In this document: positions 49,011 through 59,435 of the stretch, piece by piece
How the letters are laid out: each line of letters begins with the position of its first letter
Numbering within the stretch: the stretch's first letter is position 1
Assembly (NCBI GenBank): GCA_051003195.1
Contig: JBPCLP010000009.1
Location: forward strand, 128,001-192,000
Direction: 5' to 3'
Source of the DNA: Candidatus Sumerlaeaceae bacterium
GTDB taxonomy: Bacteria > Sumerlaeota > Sumerlaeia > Sumerlaeales > Sumerlaeaceae
DNA length: 64,000 bases
Made by a program: the position numbers and the translations under genes
Notes under the pieces: generated by a model
What the model saw: the letters and a program-made list of their open reading frames with translations, nothing else
What the model was told of the DNA's origin: nothing
The model's database searches: none

Positions 49011-50315
49011 ATGACGCTTATCGAGACGATGGAACGTAAGGCAGCGTTAGAGCACGCGGGGGGAAGCTCCGTCCGCGATCTCGCCGGGCGAGCGCGGGCC
49101 GCCGCGTCGAAGCTCTCCACACTCCGCCCCGACGTAAAGAACAACGCGCTTCGCGCAATGGCGGACGCTTTCGTCGCCAACAGGGAAGCGATTAAAGCGG
49201 AGAACGAAAAAGACGTTTCTGCCGGGCGAGCCAAAGGTCTCTCTTCCGCTATGCTGGACCGCCTCATCCTCACTGACAAACGCATCGACGCGATGGCAGA
49301 CGGACTGCGACAGGTTGCGCAGCTCGACGACCCGATCGGCGAAATCTACGACATGAAAACGCGACCCAACGGCTTACGCGTCGGGCGCATGCGCGTACCC
49401 ATCGGCGTTATCGGTTTCATATACGAATCGCGACCCAACGTCACCGCAGATGCCGGCGCGCTGTGCGTCAAAAGCGGCAACGCGATCGTTCTGCGTGGCG
49501 GAAGCGAAGCCATACACTCCAACCGTATCCTCGCGCGCCTGATGGACGAAGCCGGCGCCGCAGGCGGGCTGCCGCCCGACGCCATCAAACTTGTCCAGAC
49601 AACCGACCGCACCGCGGTCAACGAAATGCTCAAGCTGAACGGGCTGATCGATCTAATCATCCCGCGCGGCGGCAAGTCTCTCATTGAGATGGTCATGCGC
49701 GAAAGCACGATCCCGGTCATCAAGCACTACGACGGTATCTGTCATGTCTACGTCGACGAATCCGCCGACCTCGACATCGCCGAGCGCGTAGTCGTGAACT
49801 CCAAGTGCCAGCGCCCGGGCGTCTGCAACGCCGCCGAAAGCCTGATCGTCCATCGTGCCGTAGCAGACGAATTCCTGCCGAGGGTCGGCAAGGCGCTTGC
49901 CGCGAACGGCGTGGAAATGCGCGCCGACGCGCGGGCACTTCCACTGTTGCCAAAGGAAAAGTCCCGGTCCGCAACGGATGAAGATTTTACGACGGAGTTC
50001 CTCGATCTGATCATGGCTGTGGGTGTTGTCGATTCTACCGACGACGCCGTCGATTGGATCAACACGCACGGCTCCAGGCATACGGAGTCCATCGTCACCC
50101 GCAACCAGACGAGCGAATGGAAGTTTATCAGCGGCGTCGACTCCGCCTGTGTGCACGTCAACACGTCCACGCGCTTTTCCGATGGCGGAGAGTACGGCAT
50201 GGGCTGCGAGATAGGCATCTCTACCGAAAAACTCCATGCCCGCGGTCCCATGGGACTTAAAGAACTCACGACCAGCAAGTTCGTGGTCTTCGGCGAGGGC
50301 CAGATTCGGGAGTAG
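49011..50315 (+). CDS. proA: Gamma-glutamyl phosphate reductase
   Basis: IYESRPNVT, IPRGG, CNAAE, STRFSDG, KLHARGPMGL. Confidence 0.96.
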   Translation: MTLIETMERKAALEHAGGSSVRDLAGRARAAASKLSTLRPDVKNNALRAMADAFVANREAIKAENEKDVSAGRAKGLSSAMLDRLILTDKRIDAMADGLRQVAQLDDPIGEIYDMKTRPNGLRVGRMRVPIGVIGFIYESRPNVTADAGALCVKSGNAIVLRGGSEAIHSNRILARLMDEAGAAGGLPPDAIKLVQTTDRTAVNEMLKLNGLIDLIIPRGGKSLIEMVMRESTIPVIKHYDGICHVYVDESADLDIAERVVVNSKCQRPGVCNAAESLIVHRAVADEFLPRVGKALAANGVEMRADARALPLLPKEKSRSATDEDFTTEFLDLIMAVGVVDSTDDAVDWINTHGSRHTESIVTRNQTSEWKFISGVDSACVHVNTSTRFSDGGEYGMGCEIGISTEKLHARGPMGLKELTTSKFVVFGEGQIRE

Positions 50316-50404
50316 CTGCCGACAGCAATTCCGCTATAGACAGCCCGATATCCCGGATCGAAGACCGAGATCATTAAAGCACTACCAAGGAGCGCGCTTC
50401 GCCC

Positions 50405-50965
50405 ATGGCAGATCAGGAAAACGACACGCAGCCGGAAAACGAAACCAGCGGTGGTTTTGCAGTCCCCCAGGGTTACCGCTATAATCTGGATTCGCTCGAG
50501 GAGTATCTCGCCACGGGCGAGCGGATCGCCAATGAAGGCCGGCTCGACGAAGCGGTCGACCTTATGCGCGAGGCGACACAGCGGTACCCGGATAGCCCGA
50601 CTGGCCGGTACAATTTGGGCGTCGCACTGTTTCTTCGTCTGCGCGAGGACAAGCAGCATCTGGATTTATGGGAAGACCTGGCCGATGACGAGCAACTCGC
50701 CGATGAAGCGATGGTAAGCCTTGAAGCCGCCATCGAGCGCGACGGCGGATTCATCCAGGCTTACAATAACCTGGCACGCATCTACGCATTACGCGGGCGG
50801 AGCGACGATGCTATCAGGACCTGGGAGCGAAGCCTCTCGATCCAGCCGGATCAGCCGACCGTGCAGGCAGAAATGGAACTGTACCTGTCGCGAATGGGCC
50901 CAACCGACCGTGACAAAGAAGAAAAGCGCACGCTCGACGAGGAGCAGCCACCAATCGGGGAGTGA
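50405..50965 (+). CDS. TPR repeat protein
   Basis: YNLGVAL, AYNNLARIY...G...A...W...L. Confidence 0.8.
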   Translation: MADQENDTQPENETSGGFAVPQGYRYNLDSLEEYLATGERIANEGRLDEAVDLMREATQRYPDSPTGRYNLGVALFLRLREDKQHLDLWEDLADDEQLADEAMVSLEAAIERDGGFIQAYNNLARIYALRGRSDDAIRTWERSLSIQPDQPTVQAEMELYLSRMGPTDRDKEEKRTLDEEQPPIGE

Positions 50966-51056
50966 TTGTAGTAAGCAGGTTGCTGCATCGCGCACCCTTC
51001 TTCTGTAGCTTATTGCTCGGTTGCATCCGCGCGCAGTGGCACGCAAAAACCTGGGT

Positions 51057-52172
51057 ATGACCAACAACGCTGCCGCACCCAAAGGCATTCTATGCCTTAG
51101 CCACCTTGCATGGGAAACCACGCTTTTCCAGCGTCCGCAGCAGCTGATGCAGCAGTTTGCCGGTCGTGGTTACCGCGTGAGCTACGTTGGATGTGTCGGC
51201 CTGCGGCGCAAACGCCAGCTTGCGCAAAGCGGAAGCATTCCCAACTTGAAATGGACACACAGCGGTTACTCAGCGCAGCCCGGTAAACTGGCTGCAGTCC
51301 GCCAGCGGGTGGCCGTATATGAAATGAAACAGCTGCTGCCGGATCCCGTTCCGATTGTGTGGCTCTATCATCCTTCGCTGCTGTCGCTGGTGCAAAGCCT
51401 GCCGCGCAAGTTGCTCGTTTATGATGTGATGGATCGCTTCGACGCTTTTGCTGCAGGCGCCGAGTCCGCTGCGGCGGATGAACGCATTTTGCTCGAGCAG
51501 GCTGACGTTATATTTACGGGCGGAGCCAGCCTGCAGACCGCCATAGAGCAGAAGATTTCCGGGTTGCCGCGAACTGGCGTCGCGCCTGCGTGCTTTGCCA
51601 GCGGCCTGGATTTTTCGCACTTTGCTGCGGCTGCGAGCGAAGCAATGAGCACCGCTGCGGATATTGCAACGCTTCCAAGGCCCATATTCGGCTATTTCGG
51701 TGCCGTCGACGAACGGATAGATTATGAACTTCTGTCCCGTCTGGCACAAACCGGCGGAAGCGTTGTGCTCGTCGGCCCGCAAATTACGCCGGCCCCGGAT
51801 GCCTTGCCCGCGAACGTCCATCTGCTAGGACCACGCCCTTACTCCGAGCTGCCGAGCTATCTTCACGGGTTCGACGTGTGCCTGCTTCCGTTCTGCCAGT
51901 CGCCGCTTGTCGACCACATCAGCCCTACCAAAACACCGGAGTACCTTGCCGGCGGCAAACCCGTCGTCAGCATGATGATACCGGACGTTGCGACCGCGTA
52001 TGGCGACGTGGTGAAGATCGCCAATTCAGCAGAGGAATTTGTAAACGCCTGCCGCGCGGCTGCCACAGAGGTCGCAAACATCCAACACCTGCAGTCGGCT
52101 GCAAAGCGTGCACGCACATGGGAGCAGATCGCGGAGCAGATGGACTCAGTTCTGCAGCAGCGACTCACGTGA
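51057..52172 (+). CDS. GT4-like glycosyltransferase
   Basis: FQRPQQL, VYDVMD, GYFGAVDERID, SPTKTPEYLAGGKPVVS. Confidence 0.88.
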   Translation: MTNNAAAPKGILCLSHLAWETTLFQRPQQLMQQFAGRGYRVSYVGCVGLRRKRQLAQSGSIPNLKWTHSGYSAQPGKLAAVRQRVAVYEMKQLLPDPVPIVWLYHPSLLSLVQSLPRKLLVYDVMDRFDAFAAGAESAAADERILLEQADVIFTGGASLQTAIEQKISGLPRTGVAPACFASGLDFSHFAAAASEAMSTAADIATLPRPIFGYFGAVDERIDYELLSRLAQTGGSVVLVGPQITPAPDALPANVHLLGPRPYSELPSYLHGFDVCLLPFCQSPLVDHISPTKTPEYLAGGKPVVSMMIPDVATAYGDVVKIANSAEEFVNACRAAATEVANIQHLQSAAKRARTWEQIAEQMDSVLQQRLT

Positions 52173-55100
52173 TTCCCCATCCACTGACGCAACAGGTGCG
52201 AGTTGCGCTGGAAGGCGGGCTGCTGGAGCACCCCGGATTTCTTAGCGCTGAGCAAAGCACCGCCAACGTTCGCCTGCTCGCGCCGCACTTCCCCAACGTC
52301 CAGGAACTGGCCGCACTCATTGACACAATCGGCAAAAGCGCGGCCCCGGACATGGCACTCAATAACCTGGAGCGTTTTATTGTCTCCTCGCACGCACAAC
52401 GGCAAATTGGCGAACTCATCAGCGACAGGGATGACGTTCGCCATGCTCTTGTTACCCTGTTCGCTGGCAGCCAGTTCTTGTCCGAGGTGCTGATTGCGCA
52501 ACCCGGCGCGTTTGATTGGCTGATAGAGCACAACCAGCTCTGGAGTGTTCGCACTGCTGCCTACTATCGCGAGACTGTACGCGAGCAGATCGAAGGCCTT
52601 ACGGAACTGGTCGAACAACGCCGGGTGTTGAACCGGTGGCGACGTCGGGAAATGCTGCGCATCGGAATGCGGGACCTTCTTGTCCTCGCCACGATGGAAG
52701 AAGTCACTCGTGACATATCCGACCTGGCGCAGGCAATCATCCATCTTGCCGCCGAGCTGACGTACCAGCAGACCGCAAAGAAGTACGGACACCCGGTTTC
52801 GGAAAGCGCCAGTTGGGATACCAGCTTCGATTCAGTCGCGCCTGGAGAAGATGCGCCGCTTCCTGCCGCCGCCGGTATGTGCGTGCTCGGGATGGGAAAA
52901 CTCGGAGGACGAGAGCTGAACTTCTCGTCCGACATCGATCTCGTCTTTATCTACGAAGCCGAAGGGCAAACCACCGGTCGTTTCGATGGCACTCGGCGGG
53001 TGGCGGTAACCAGCAACCACTCGTTCTTTGCGCGGATGGGCCAGGCGCTTGTGAAGTTTCTCGCTGAGCGCGGACCGGACGGCAATCTTTTCCGCGTCGA
53101 TATGCGCCTGCGCCCCGAAGGCCAGGACGGCCCGCTGGTGCGATCCCTTGAATCCTTTATAACCTATCTCAGTTCCCAGGCCCGCGACTGGGAGCGCATT
53201 GCGTACCTTAAAGCGCGCGTGTTGTCGGGACCGTCGCATCTTACCGAGCGGCTATACCGTGTCGTGTCGCGGTTCGTCTATGCAGGCGTGGAGGCAGCCC
53301 AGATCATCCGCGAAATCCAGGAGCTGAAACTCCGCATCGACCGCGAAGTGATAATCAGCGACCTGTACGAGCGCGAAGTGAAACGCGGTTACGGCGGCAT
53401 TCGCGAGATCGAGTTCGTCGTCGCCGCCATGCAGATCATTCACGGATACACGCATCATGCGCTACGCGTGCGCAATGTGTTCCTCGCCGTACAGCGCTTG
53501 CAGGAGGTCCACATTCTTTCAGACGAGGAAGCGATGTTCTACCTGCGCGCTTACAGTTTCCTCCGGCTCATCGAGCATCGCCTGCAAATGGCCGAGGAGC
53601 ACCAGACGCACACGTTGCCGGCCGATCCGCACCAGCTTGAGCAACTCGCCCGCCGATGTGGCTATGTCAGCGCCGCGGCCTTTGAGACACATTATCGCGA
53701 AACCACGCACGAGGTACATCGCCGGTTTATCGTCTTTTTCGAAGAAGACGTTGCCCTTCTGGACGAAGAAAAGAAAGACCTCCTGCTCATCACCGACCGC
53801 GATGCGCCCCCCGATGAAGTCGCAAAGGCACTGCAGCGGCGCGGTATCAATCATCCGGAAGCCGTGCGTCTGCTTCACGTGCTGGCGTTCGGAACGCGGG
53901 AAGTATTTGTCTCGCCCGAGGGCCAGCGCTCGTTCCAGCAGATGCTTCCGTCGCTGCTGCGCCTCACTGCAGCCGCGCCGCTGCCGGGACGCGTATTGCC
54001 AAATCTACACTCCTTCGCCATGGCAATGAAAGGCATCACCTACTATTATGAAGTTATTGCTCAGCATCCGGAAATTTTGCGGATGCTTGTGCTGCTGTTT
54101 GGCACCAGTAACTTTTACTCGCAGGCTCTGATTGCGCAGCCGGAGTACTTTGATGCCCTGATTTCAAGCCGCGTACTTGAAGAAGTCGATGCCGATGAAG
54201 CCGCGAAGCGCCAGCGGATGTCCGCTGTCCTCCAGGGCAAGCTGCAACAGCGCAAGTTAACGATGCTGCGTCGCGCCACACACTTCGAAAACCTGCTCAC
54301 GGCCCTGCGCTATCTCCTCAAACTGCGCCCGCTTGCCGATTGTCTGCGGCAGCTCAGTACAACTGCCGATCTTTGCATTGATGTCGGGATGCGGCTTGTT
54401 GCGGAGAAGATCAGTTCAAAAAACGAGCCTATGGATCGCGGAGTGGCCGACGCGCTTTACGAGTCCGTCAAGCAAACCTTCGCCGTAATCGCATTTGGGA
54501 AATACGGCGGCCAGGAGCTGAACTTCTTTGGCGACCTCGATGTGGTGTTTGTGTTCAAAGAAGCAGAGCGCGCGCAGGCCCTTGCTGCTCAATACGATCT
54601 CAGCCTTGGCGCTTTTTATACTTCGGTGGCGGACACACTGACCTTCGTACTTTCGGAAAATATACAGGGCGGGCGTGCCTACGTTCTGGACGCCCGTTTG
54701 CGGCCGCACGGACGCAACGCCCCTCACGCCACGCCGCTCTCACAATACGTCGAATACCTGTCGCACGAAGCCCAGATATGGGAACTGCAATCGCTTACGC
54801 GAGCACGCCTTGTCTGGGGCGATTCGGAAAGTTTGGACCAGGTGCAGGATGCTGCAAAGGCCCGCATTGAGACCACCAAAACGAAAACGTTGCAGCAGCA
54901 ATTCCATGCTATGCGCATGCGCCTGGAAGCCGCTGCCGCCGAAGACCACGAACCGTCCCACATGGAGTTCAAACGTGCAGCCGGCGGACTGGTGGACATT
55001 GAATTTCTTCTACAGTATCTCGCCCTTGCGAAGGGCGTCCATGTTTCCGCGAACTACTTTGACGCGCTTGCCGATGCCAGGCTGGATGCACCACTGATTG

Positions 55101-55327
55101 GTCAACGCGAGCGGCTCCTCTGCCTGTACCGTGACTTCCGGTCACTGGAGACTATCACCCGGTTGCTCACCGATGCTGGAACCAGTCTGCTTCCTGCCGA
55201 TCCACAGCTCTCCGGCGCGCTCACCCGCATGCGCGGATTGCAGTCGGCCGAACAACTCCACGCCTGGCTGCGAGATCGCATGGTAGAAGTGCGAAGCATC
55301 TATCAGCAGCAGTTGGCAGGTGGCTAA
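52169..55327 (+). CDS. glnE: Glutamine synthetase adenylyltransferase/deadenylylase
   Basis: GMGKLGGRELNFSSDIDL, VDMRLRP, GGIREIEF; second domain GKYGG...DLD, DARLRP. GTG overlaps the upstream stop. Confidence 0.93.
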   Translation: MIPHPLTQQVRVALEGGLLEHPGFLSAEQSTANVRLLAPHFPNVQELAALIDTIGKSAAPDMALNNLERFIVSSHAQRQIGELISDRDDVRHALVTLFAGSQFLSEVLIAQPGAFDWLIEHNQLWSVRTAAYYRETVREQIEGLTELVEQRRVLNRWRRREMLRIGMRDLLVLATMEEVTRDISDLAQAIIHLAAELTYQQTAKKYGHPVSESASWDTSFDSVAPGEDAPLPAAAGMCVLGMGKLGGRELNFSSDIDLVFIYEAEGQTTGRFDGTRRVAVTSNHSFFARMGQALVKFLAERGPDGNLFRVDMRLRPEGQDGPLVRSLESFITYLSSQARDWERIAYLKARVLSGPSHLTERLYRVVSRFVYAGVEAAQIIREIQELKLRIDREVIISDLYEREVKRGYGGIREIEFVVAAMQIIHGYTHHALRVRNVFLAVQRLQEVHILSDEEAMFYLRAYSFLRLIEHRLQMAEEHQTHTLPADPHQLEQLARRCGYVSAAAFETHYRETTHEVHRRFIVFFEEDVALLDEEKKDLLLITDRDAPPDEVAKALQRRGINHPEAVRLLHVLAFGTREVFVSPEGQRSFQQMLPSLLRLTAAAPLPGRVLPNLHSFAMAMKGITYYYEVIAQHPEILRMLVLLFGTSNFYSQALIAQPEYFDALISSRVLEEVDADEAAKRQRMSAVLQGKLQQRKLTMLRRATHFENLLTALRYLLKLRPLADCLRQLSTTADLCIDVGMRLVAEKISSKNEPMDRGVADALYESVKQTFAVIAFGKYGGQELNFFGDLDVVFVFKEAERAQALAAQYDLSLGAFYTSVADTLTFVLSENIQGGRAYVLDARLRPHGRNAPHATPLSQYVEYLSHEAQIWELQSLTRARLVWGDSESLDQVQDAAKARIETTKTKTLQQQFHAMRMRLEAAAAEDHEPSHMEFKRAAGGLVDIEFLLQYLALAKGVHVSANYFDALADARLDAPLIGQRERLLCLYRDFRSLETITRLLTDAGTSLLPADPQLSGALTRMRGLQSAEQLHAWLRDRMVEVRSIYQQQLAGG

Positions 55328-55443
55328 GCGCTTACCGATGTTCATGGCCGGTCATCCGACAGCGCCCACGGCAATATTAAGTTCAAAGCCCTGCGCAAAA
55401 GTCTGGACATGAATAGCACGGCGGAAAATTCTGTCTCCTGATA

Positions 55444-56172
55444 ATGGACATGAAAGCCCCCACCTACTCCGAATTTGTGCTGAAGCGGCTGCACTCGCTC
55501 ACCGGCGTCATTCCTCTCAGCTTTTTCATCTTCTTTCACTTCTCGGCCAACTCGTTCTCGACCGTTGGCGAAGAGGCATTCGACGGCGTAGTGAAGCAGT
55601 TACGCGGGCTGCCATTTCTTGAGGCGATCGAATGGGGGCTGCTGTTCGCGCCGTTCCTTTTTCATATGTTCTACGGCATGTATCTGATTTTCGGAGCACG
55701 ACCGAATCCCGGCCGCCAGGGTTACGTACGCAACTGGGCCTACGTGATGCAGCGTGTCACGGCTATCGTGGTGTTTGTGTTCATTCTATACCACGTGATA
55801 GGCATTCGTTTTATTGACGCGCACAACCAGCCCAGGGTCTACGACCTGATGCACCAGAAGTTTTCCGACCCCTTCACGTACTGGTGGTACATGGTGGGAA
55901 TCGCGTGCACCTGTTACCACCTCGCTAACGGACTGTGCACGTTCCTCATGACGTGGGGAATTACGGTGGGTCGCACCAGTCAACGCTTTGCCGTGGGCGC
56001 AATGACTGGCCTGGGATTGATTCTGTTCTTCATCGGCGCCTCAGCGGTAAACGGTTTTCTTAAAGTGCCAAAACGTCCCAACATGCCGGTCAACGTCCAC
56101 GAAGCATTGCCGACGGCCGCCGCACCGGACGCTCCGCAATTCGCGAAGGAAACCGTACTCGCGCGGCAGTAG
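55444..56172 (+). CDS. sdhC: Succinate dehydrogenase cytochrome b558 subunit (5-TM type)
   Basis: RLHSLTGVIP...H, FH..YG, QRVT, YHLANGL...WG. Confidence 0.85.
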   Translation: MDMKAPTYSEFVLKRLHSLTGVIPLSFFIFFHFSANSFSTVGEEAFDGVVKQLRGLPFLEAIEWGLLFAPFLFHMFYGMYLIFGARPNPGRQGYVRNWAYVMQRVTAIVVFVFILYHVIGIRFIDAHNQPRVYDLMHQKFSDPFTYWWYMVGIACTCYHLANGLCTFLMTWGITVGRTSQRFAVGAMTGLGLILFFIGASAVNGFLKVPKRPNMPVNVHEALPTAAAPDAPQFAKETVLARQ

Positions 56173-56258
56173 CGCGCTGCCTGGCCGGCCCGCTTCACAG
56201 TCAGTCCTCTTTCTTACTTATCTACTTCTCTATTTTACTGCTCCTCGACTCCTCTTCC

Positions 56259-56651
56259 CTAATCCGTCTCCCCATCCACATACTCCACAAGCAGCCCATC
56301 CGGGTGATGCACGACCATGCTATGGCCCTGCGGAGCGCGCATCGGCTCCTCGACGATTTCGGCGCCCATGCGTAGCAGCGAATCGATAAAATGCTCGACG
56401 CGATCCACCAGGTAGGTAGCGCGAATTTCAGGATGATCGTAGAGTCCCGCTTCAGCGCCTGCGATAATGTGAACCCCTCCCACCACTGCCGCACGAATGC
56501 CGTCGCGCGGGTTCTCATACCGCAGGCCGCACGGCTCGCCGGACAGCTCCTCATAAAACCGTATCGCGGCCTCGAGCTGTTCGTGCCGGACGTAAGAGCG
56601 GGTGAAGAGCTTAAAAATCAGCACGCGGAGCTGTAACACGCAGCCAGGCAC
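56259..56651 (-). CDS. VOC/glyoxalase family protein
   Basis: AIRFYEEL; GAEIVEEP...HPDG..VEY. Confidence 0.75.
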   Translation of the reverse strand: MPGCVLQLRVLIFKLFTRSYVRHEQLEAAIRFYEELSGEPCGLRYENPRDGIRAAVVGGVHIIAGAEAGLYDHPEIRATYLVDRVEHFIDSLLRMGAEIVEEPMRAPQGHSMVVHHPDGLLVEYVDGETD

Positions 56652-56736
56652 ACACGTGTGCCCAACCAGAAATGTTTATGCATGATTTTCCGGGACCCTG
56701 CCGCTCGTTTTGCCCAAAGCCCAACTGTATACACTA

Positions 56737-57705
56737 CTACCCAACAGCCACCTTGCTCGAAATGAACTCTTCGATCCGGCGCGCCTCATCCTCATTGAGC
56801 ACCAGGTGACCCGCGCCGATAACACCATCAACCTGCGCGGACGAGCGCGAGCCGACGATCGCTCCGGTAACCGCCGAATTACGCAAGGTCCATGCGATGG
56901 CAACTTCCCCGGGTGAGCGCCCATGCTGCTTCCCAATCTCGCGAAGCAGTTCAACGAGCGCGAGATTCCACGAAAGCTTCGGTTCCTTGAATTCCGGGTT
57001 ACGGCTCCGCCAGTCCCCAGGGGAGAGGTTCGCCGCGCGCTCCTTCGTCATCGCACCCGTCAGCAGCCCTGACAGCATCGGCGAGTAGACGATAACGCCG
57101 ATATCGTTGGCTTCGCAGTAGGGCAGAATCTCCGCCTCAATGCCGCGCCGCAGCATGGAATACGGCGGCTGCAGCGACGTGATTGGCGCTATTGCCTGCG
57201 CGCGTTTCATCTGCTCGACGTTGAAATTCGACACACCAATCCAGCGAACCTTGCCCTCCTGCTTCAGCTCGGCCATTGTGGTCCAGCCTTCCTCGATGTC
57301 CGTCTCCGGATTGGGCCAGTGAACCTGGTACAGGTCGATCACATCCACTTTCAGTCTACGAAGGCTATCCTCACATTCCCTCCGGATCGATTGCGCTTTC
57401 AGGCTGTTGCCTACTTCTCCTTTTTCATCCCACGTGAGCGAGCATTTCGTAAATATATAGGGCCGGTTGCCTTTCCAGCCGTCGAGCGCCCGGGCCACCA
57501 CTTCTTCCGAATGCCCCAGTCCGTAGATCGCTGCCGTATCAATCCAGTTCATTCCGCGATTCAGCGCCTGCCGGATTGCCGCAATCGAATCATTGTCGTC
57601 CTGCTCGCCCCATGAGTAAGCCCATCCGGCGCCGCCGATTGCCCACGCGCCAAAACCAATGGGGGTGATCTGAATGTCGCTGTTTCCCAGATTGCGTAAT
57701 TTCAT
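56737..57705 (-). CDS. Aldo/keto reductase
   Basis: IGFGAW, DTAAIYG, IDLYQVHWP, IGVSNF, YSPM. Confidence 0.93.
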   Translation of the reverse strand: MKLRNLGNSDIQITPIGFGAWAIGGAGWAYSWGEQDDNDSIAAIRQALNRGMNWIDTAAIYGLGHSEEVVARALDGWKGNRPYIFTKCSLTWDEKGEVGNSLKAQSIRRECEDSLRRLKVDVIDLYQVHWPNPETDIEEGWTTMAELKQEGKVRWIGVSNFNVEQMKRAQAIAPITSLQPPYSMLRRGIEAEILPYCEANDIGVIVYSPMLSGLLTGAMTKERAANLSPGDWRSRNPEFKEPKLSWNLALVELLREIGKQHGRSPGEVAIAWTLRNSAVTGAIVGSRSSAQVDGVIGAGHLVLNEDEARRIEEFISSKVAVG

Positions 57706-57846
57706 TCCGCCGCTTCCACGTTGAGTAGTAATGAGCGGTCGCGTGGCTGGATTCGATTGCAAGTGTGTCGTATATCCGCGACATGCTGCCATGTGGAACA
57801 GGTTTTCTAGAAAAGTTCGGCATAATTTGTGCTCCTGTGCACATCC

Positions 57847-58137
57847 ATGGGACAAAGTGACAACTCTACTGACCTGATCGATCTCGCCCGGAACCTCGAT
57901 CTATACGCCAGGCGCCATCGAATCATCTTTGCCCTTGATGTGGGTCAGCTCGAAACGGCTTTGCAGCTATGCCGCGGTGCCATGGCCGACTGCGAAGGCG
58001 ATCTCTCGGAGATTTGCTCTCCCGCCGAACGCGCGCAGCATGAGCAGAAGCTTGCACATCTAAAGCAGTTCGAATCGCGGCTCAGCTCTGCCGCCAGGTC
58101 CGGTGCCTGCGAATCCCATAACTGGGTCGCCGCGTAA
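57847..58137 (+). CDS. Hypothetical protein
   Basis: Fills the gap; helical composition; preceded by sigma54-like CGGCAT-AATTT-GTGCT. Confidence 0.5.
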   Translation: MGQSDNSTDLIDLARNLDLYARRHRIIFALDVGQLETALQLCRGAMADCEGDLSEICSPAERAQHEQKLAHLKQFESRLSSAARSGACESHNWVAA

Positions 58138-58219
58138 ATCCCTTTACATAAGTCGGGTGCGCGCCATCACACCATAAAACCTGTGTGTTGGTTCGCATGG
58201 GATCGACCCGGACTGGCGA

Positions 58220-59251
58220 ATGAAGGAATACCTCGACCTTATCAGCGAACGACTCAGTTTTATGTGGTACCTAACGCGCCACCTGCGCGACGGGACTTTC
58301 CGCTACCGCTCGCGCGACGTTCAGCAGACCATTCTCGCAACGAAGCAGTACGTTCGCGCAACTCTTGCCCCAAGTCTTGGCCTCGACCGCAGCTCTCCAA
58401 TCACGATTGAGCTGCCGGTTAAGGGGCTCACCAATCTGCTTTGGCTGGTCCGGTTAGCTGATAAGCGCTGCATGGTGTATTCCTACCTTGTCCATCAATG
58501 GCCGCGAATGGAGCAGCAAATCACTGCCTTGCGGCTCTTGAACGACAACGGGGTGCGCGCGCCGCGTATGTTGCACAGCTTTGCAGATGCTTCGAAATTT
58601 GGCGTCTACTTTGTCGCGACGGAGTATGTGGACGGCATCAGCCGAGCCGGCAAAAATCAGCGCCTATCAGTAGAGGAAGTTGAATGCGTAGCTCAGCAGC
58701 TTGCCCGCCTGCATTCGGTTCGTAACTCCGGCTGGGGCCGCCTTTGCCTGCCTCGCAACAGCGACTACTTCGCCCGCCAAAAGCGTCTCGTATCCCGTTA
58801 TCTCAGTGTCGCGCGCAAACACCGGATGCTCACATCGGATCAGCAGAAAAGGATGCGGTCTTGGTTCTATAACTGGCGAAGTTCTTTTGCCGCCGTCACA
58901 CGCTTTTCACTCATCCATGGCGACCTGCATCCCAACAACATCCTGTTCGAGCCGGGTGGGGGATGCTGTTTGCTCGATACCGACCGCGTTGCCTGGAACC
59001 TCGGAATGTGGGATGTAGAGCTCGTGCACGAGCGAATCTGCCGCGGCGATACCCAACTTATCCAGGTGTTCGATGCGCGATACCTCTCTCTATTAGAATC
59101 GTCCGACCGTGAGCTGCACCAGCGACTGACGCCCTTTTTCGCCGCTCTCCTTCGCTTGCGCCTATGTGTGCGGGATCTCGGCGACACGGATGAAAACGCA
59201 TCAATGGTCCAGGCCTGGCAGGAACTGCAAAAACTCACCGGACTGGTCTAA
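58220..59251 (+). CDS. APH/choline kinase-like phosphotransferase
   Basis: LARLH, LIHGDLHPNNIL, LLDTD. Confidence 0.82.
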   Translation: MKEYLDLISERLSFMWYLTRHLRDGTFRYRSRDVQQTILATKQYVRATLAPSLGLDRSSPITIELPVKGLTNLLWLVRLADKRCMVYSYLVHQWPRMEQQITALRLLNDNGVRAPRMLHSFADASKFGVYFVATEYVDGISRAGKNQRLSVEEVECVAQQLARLHSVRNSGWGRLCLPRNSDYFARQKRLVSRYLSVARKHRMLTSDQQKRMRSWFYNWRSSFAAVTRFSLIHGDLHPNNILFEPGGGCCLLDTDRVAWNLGMWDVELVHERICRGDTQLIQVFDARYLSLLESSDRELHQRLTPFFAALLRLRLCVRDLGDTDENASMVQAWQELQKLTGLV

Positions 59252-59278
59252 GCACTAGATTACGAATCTGGCGCGTAA

Positions 59279-59326
59279 ATTAAACCGGTTCGATATTCTT
59301 CTTGCGTTTTAGTTAGACCGGTTTAA
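59279..59326. promoter_or_regulatory. Pair of LacI-type operators
   Basis: ATTAAACCGGTTCGAT (59279-59294, exact reverse complement of 6905-6920) and TTAGACCGGTTTAA (59313-59326). Confidence 0.75.
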
Positions 59327-59435
59327 TACAAGTAACATTCCCTCCTGAATTGACCTTTCGAATTCGCGAGCCGCAGGTCTGGGACCGCCAGCACCACAGC
59401 CGGGACGGAGTGACTTCTCAGCGAAAGGTCTCTCT

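Noticed and set aside
58220..59251. Aminoglycoside resistance gene
   Set aside because: Only generic APH/kinase-fold motifs; substrate cannot be assigned.
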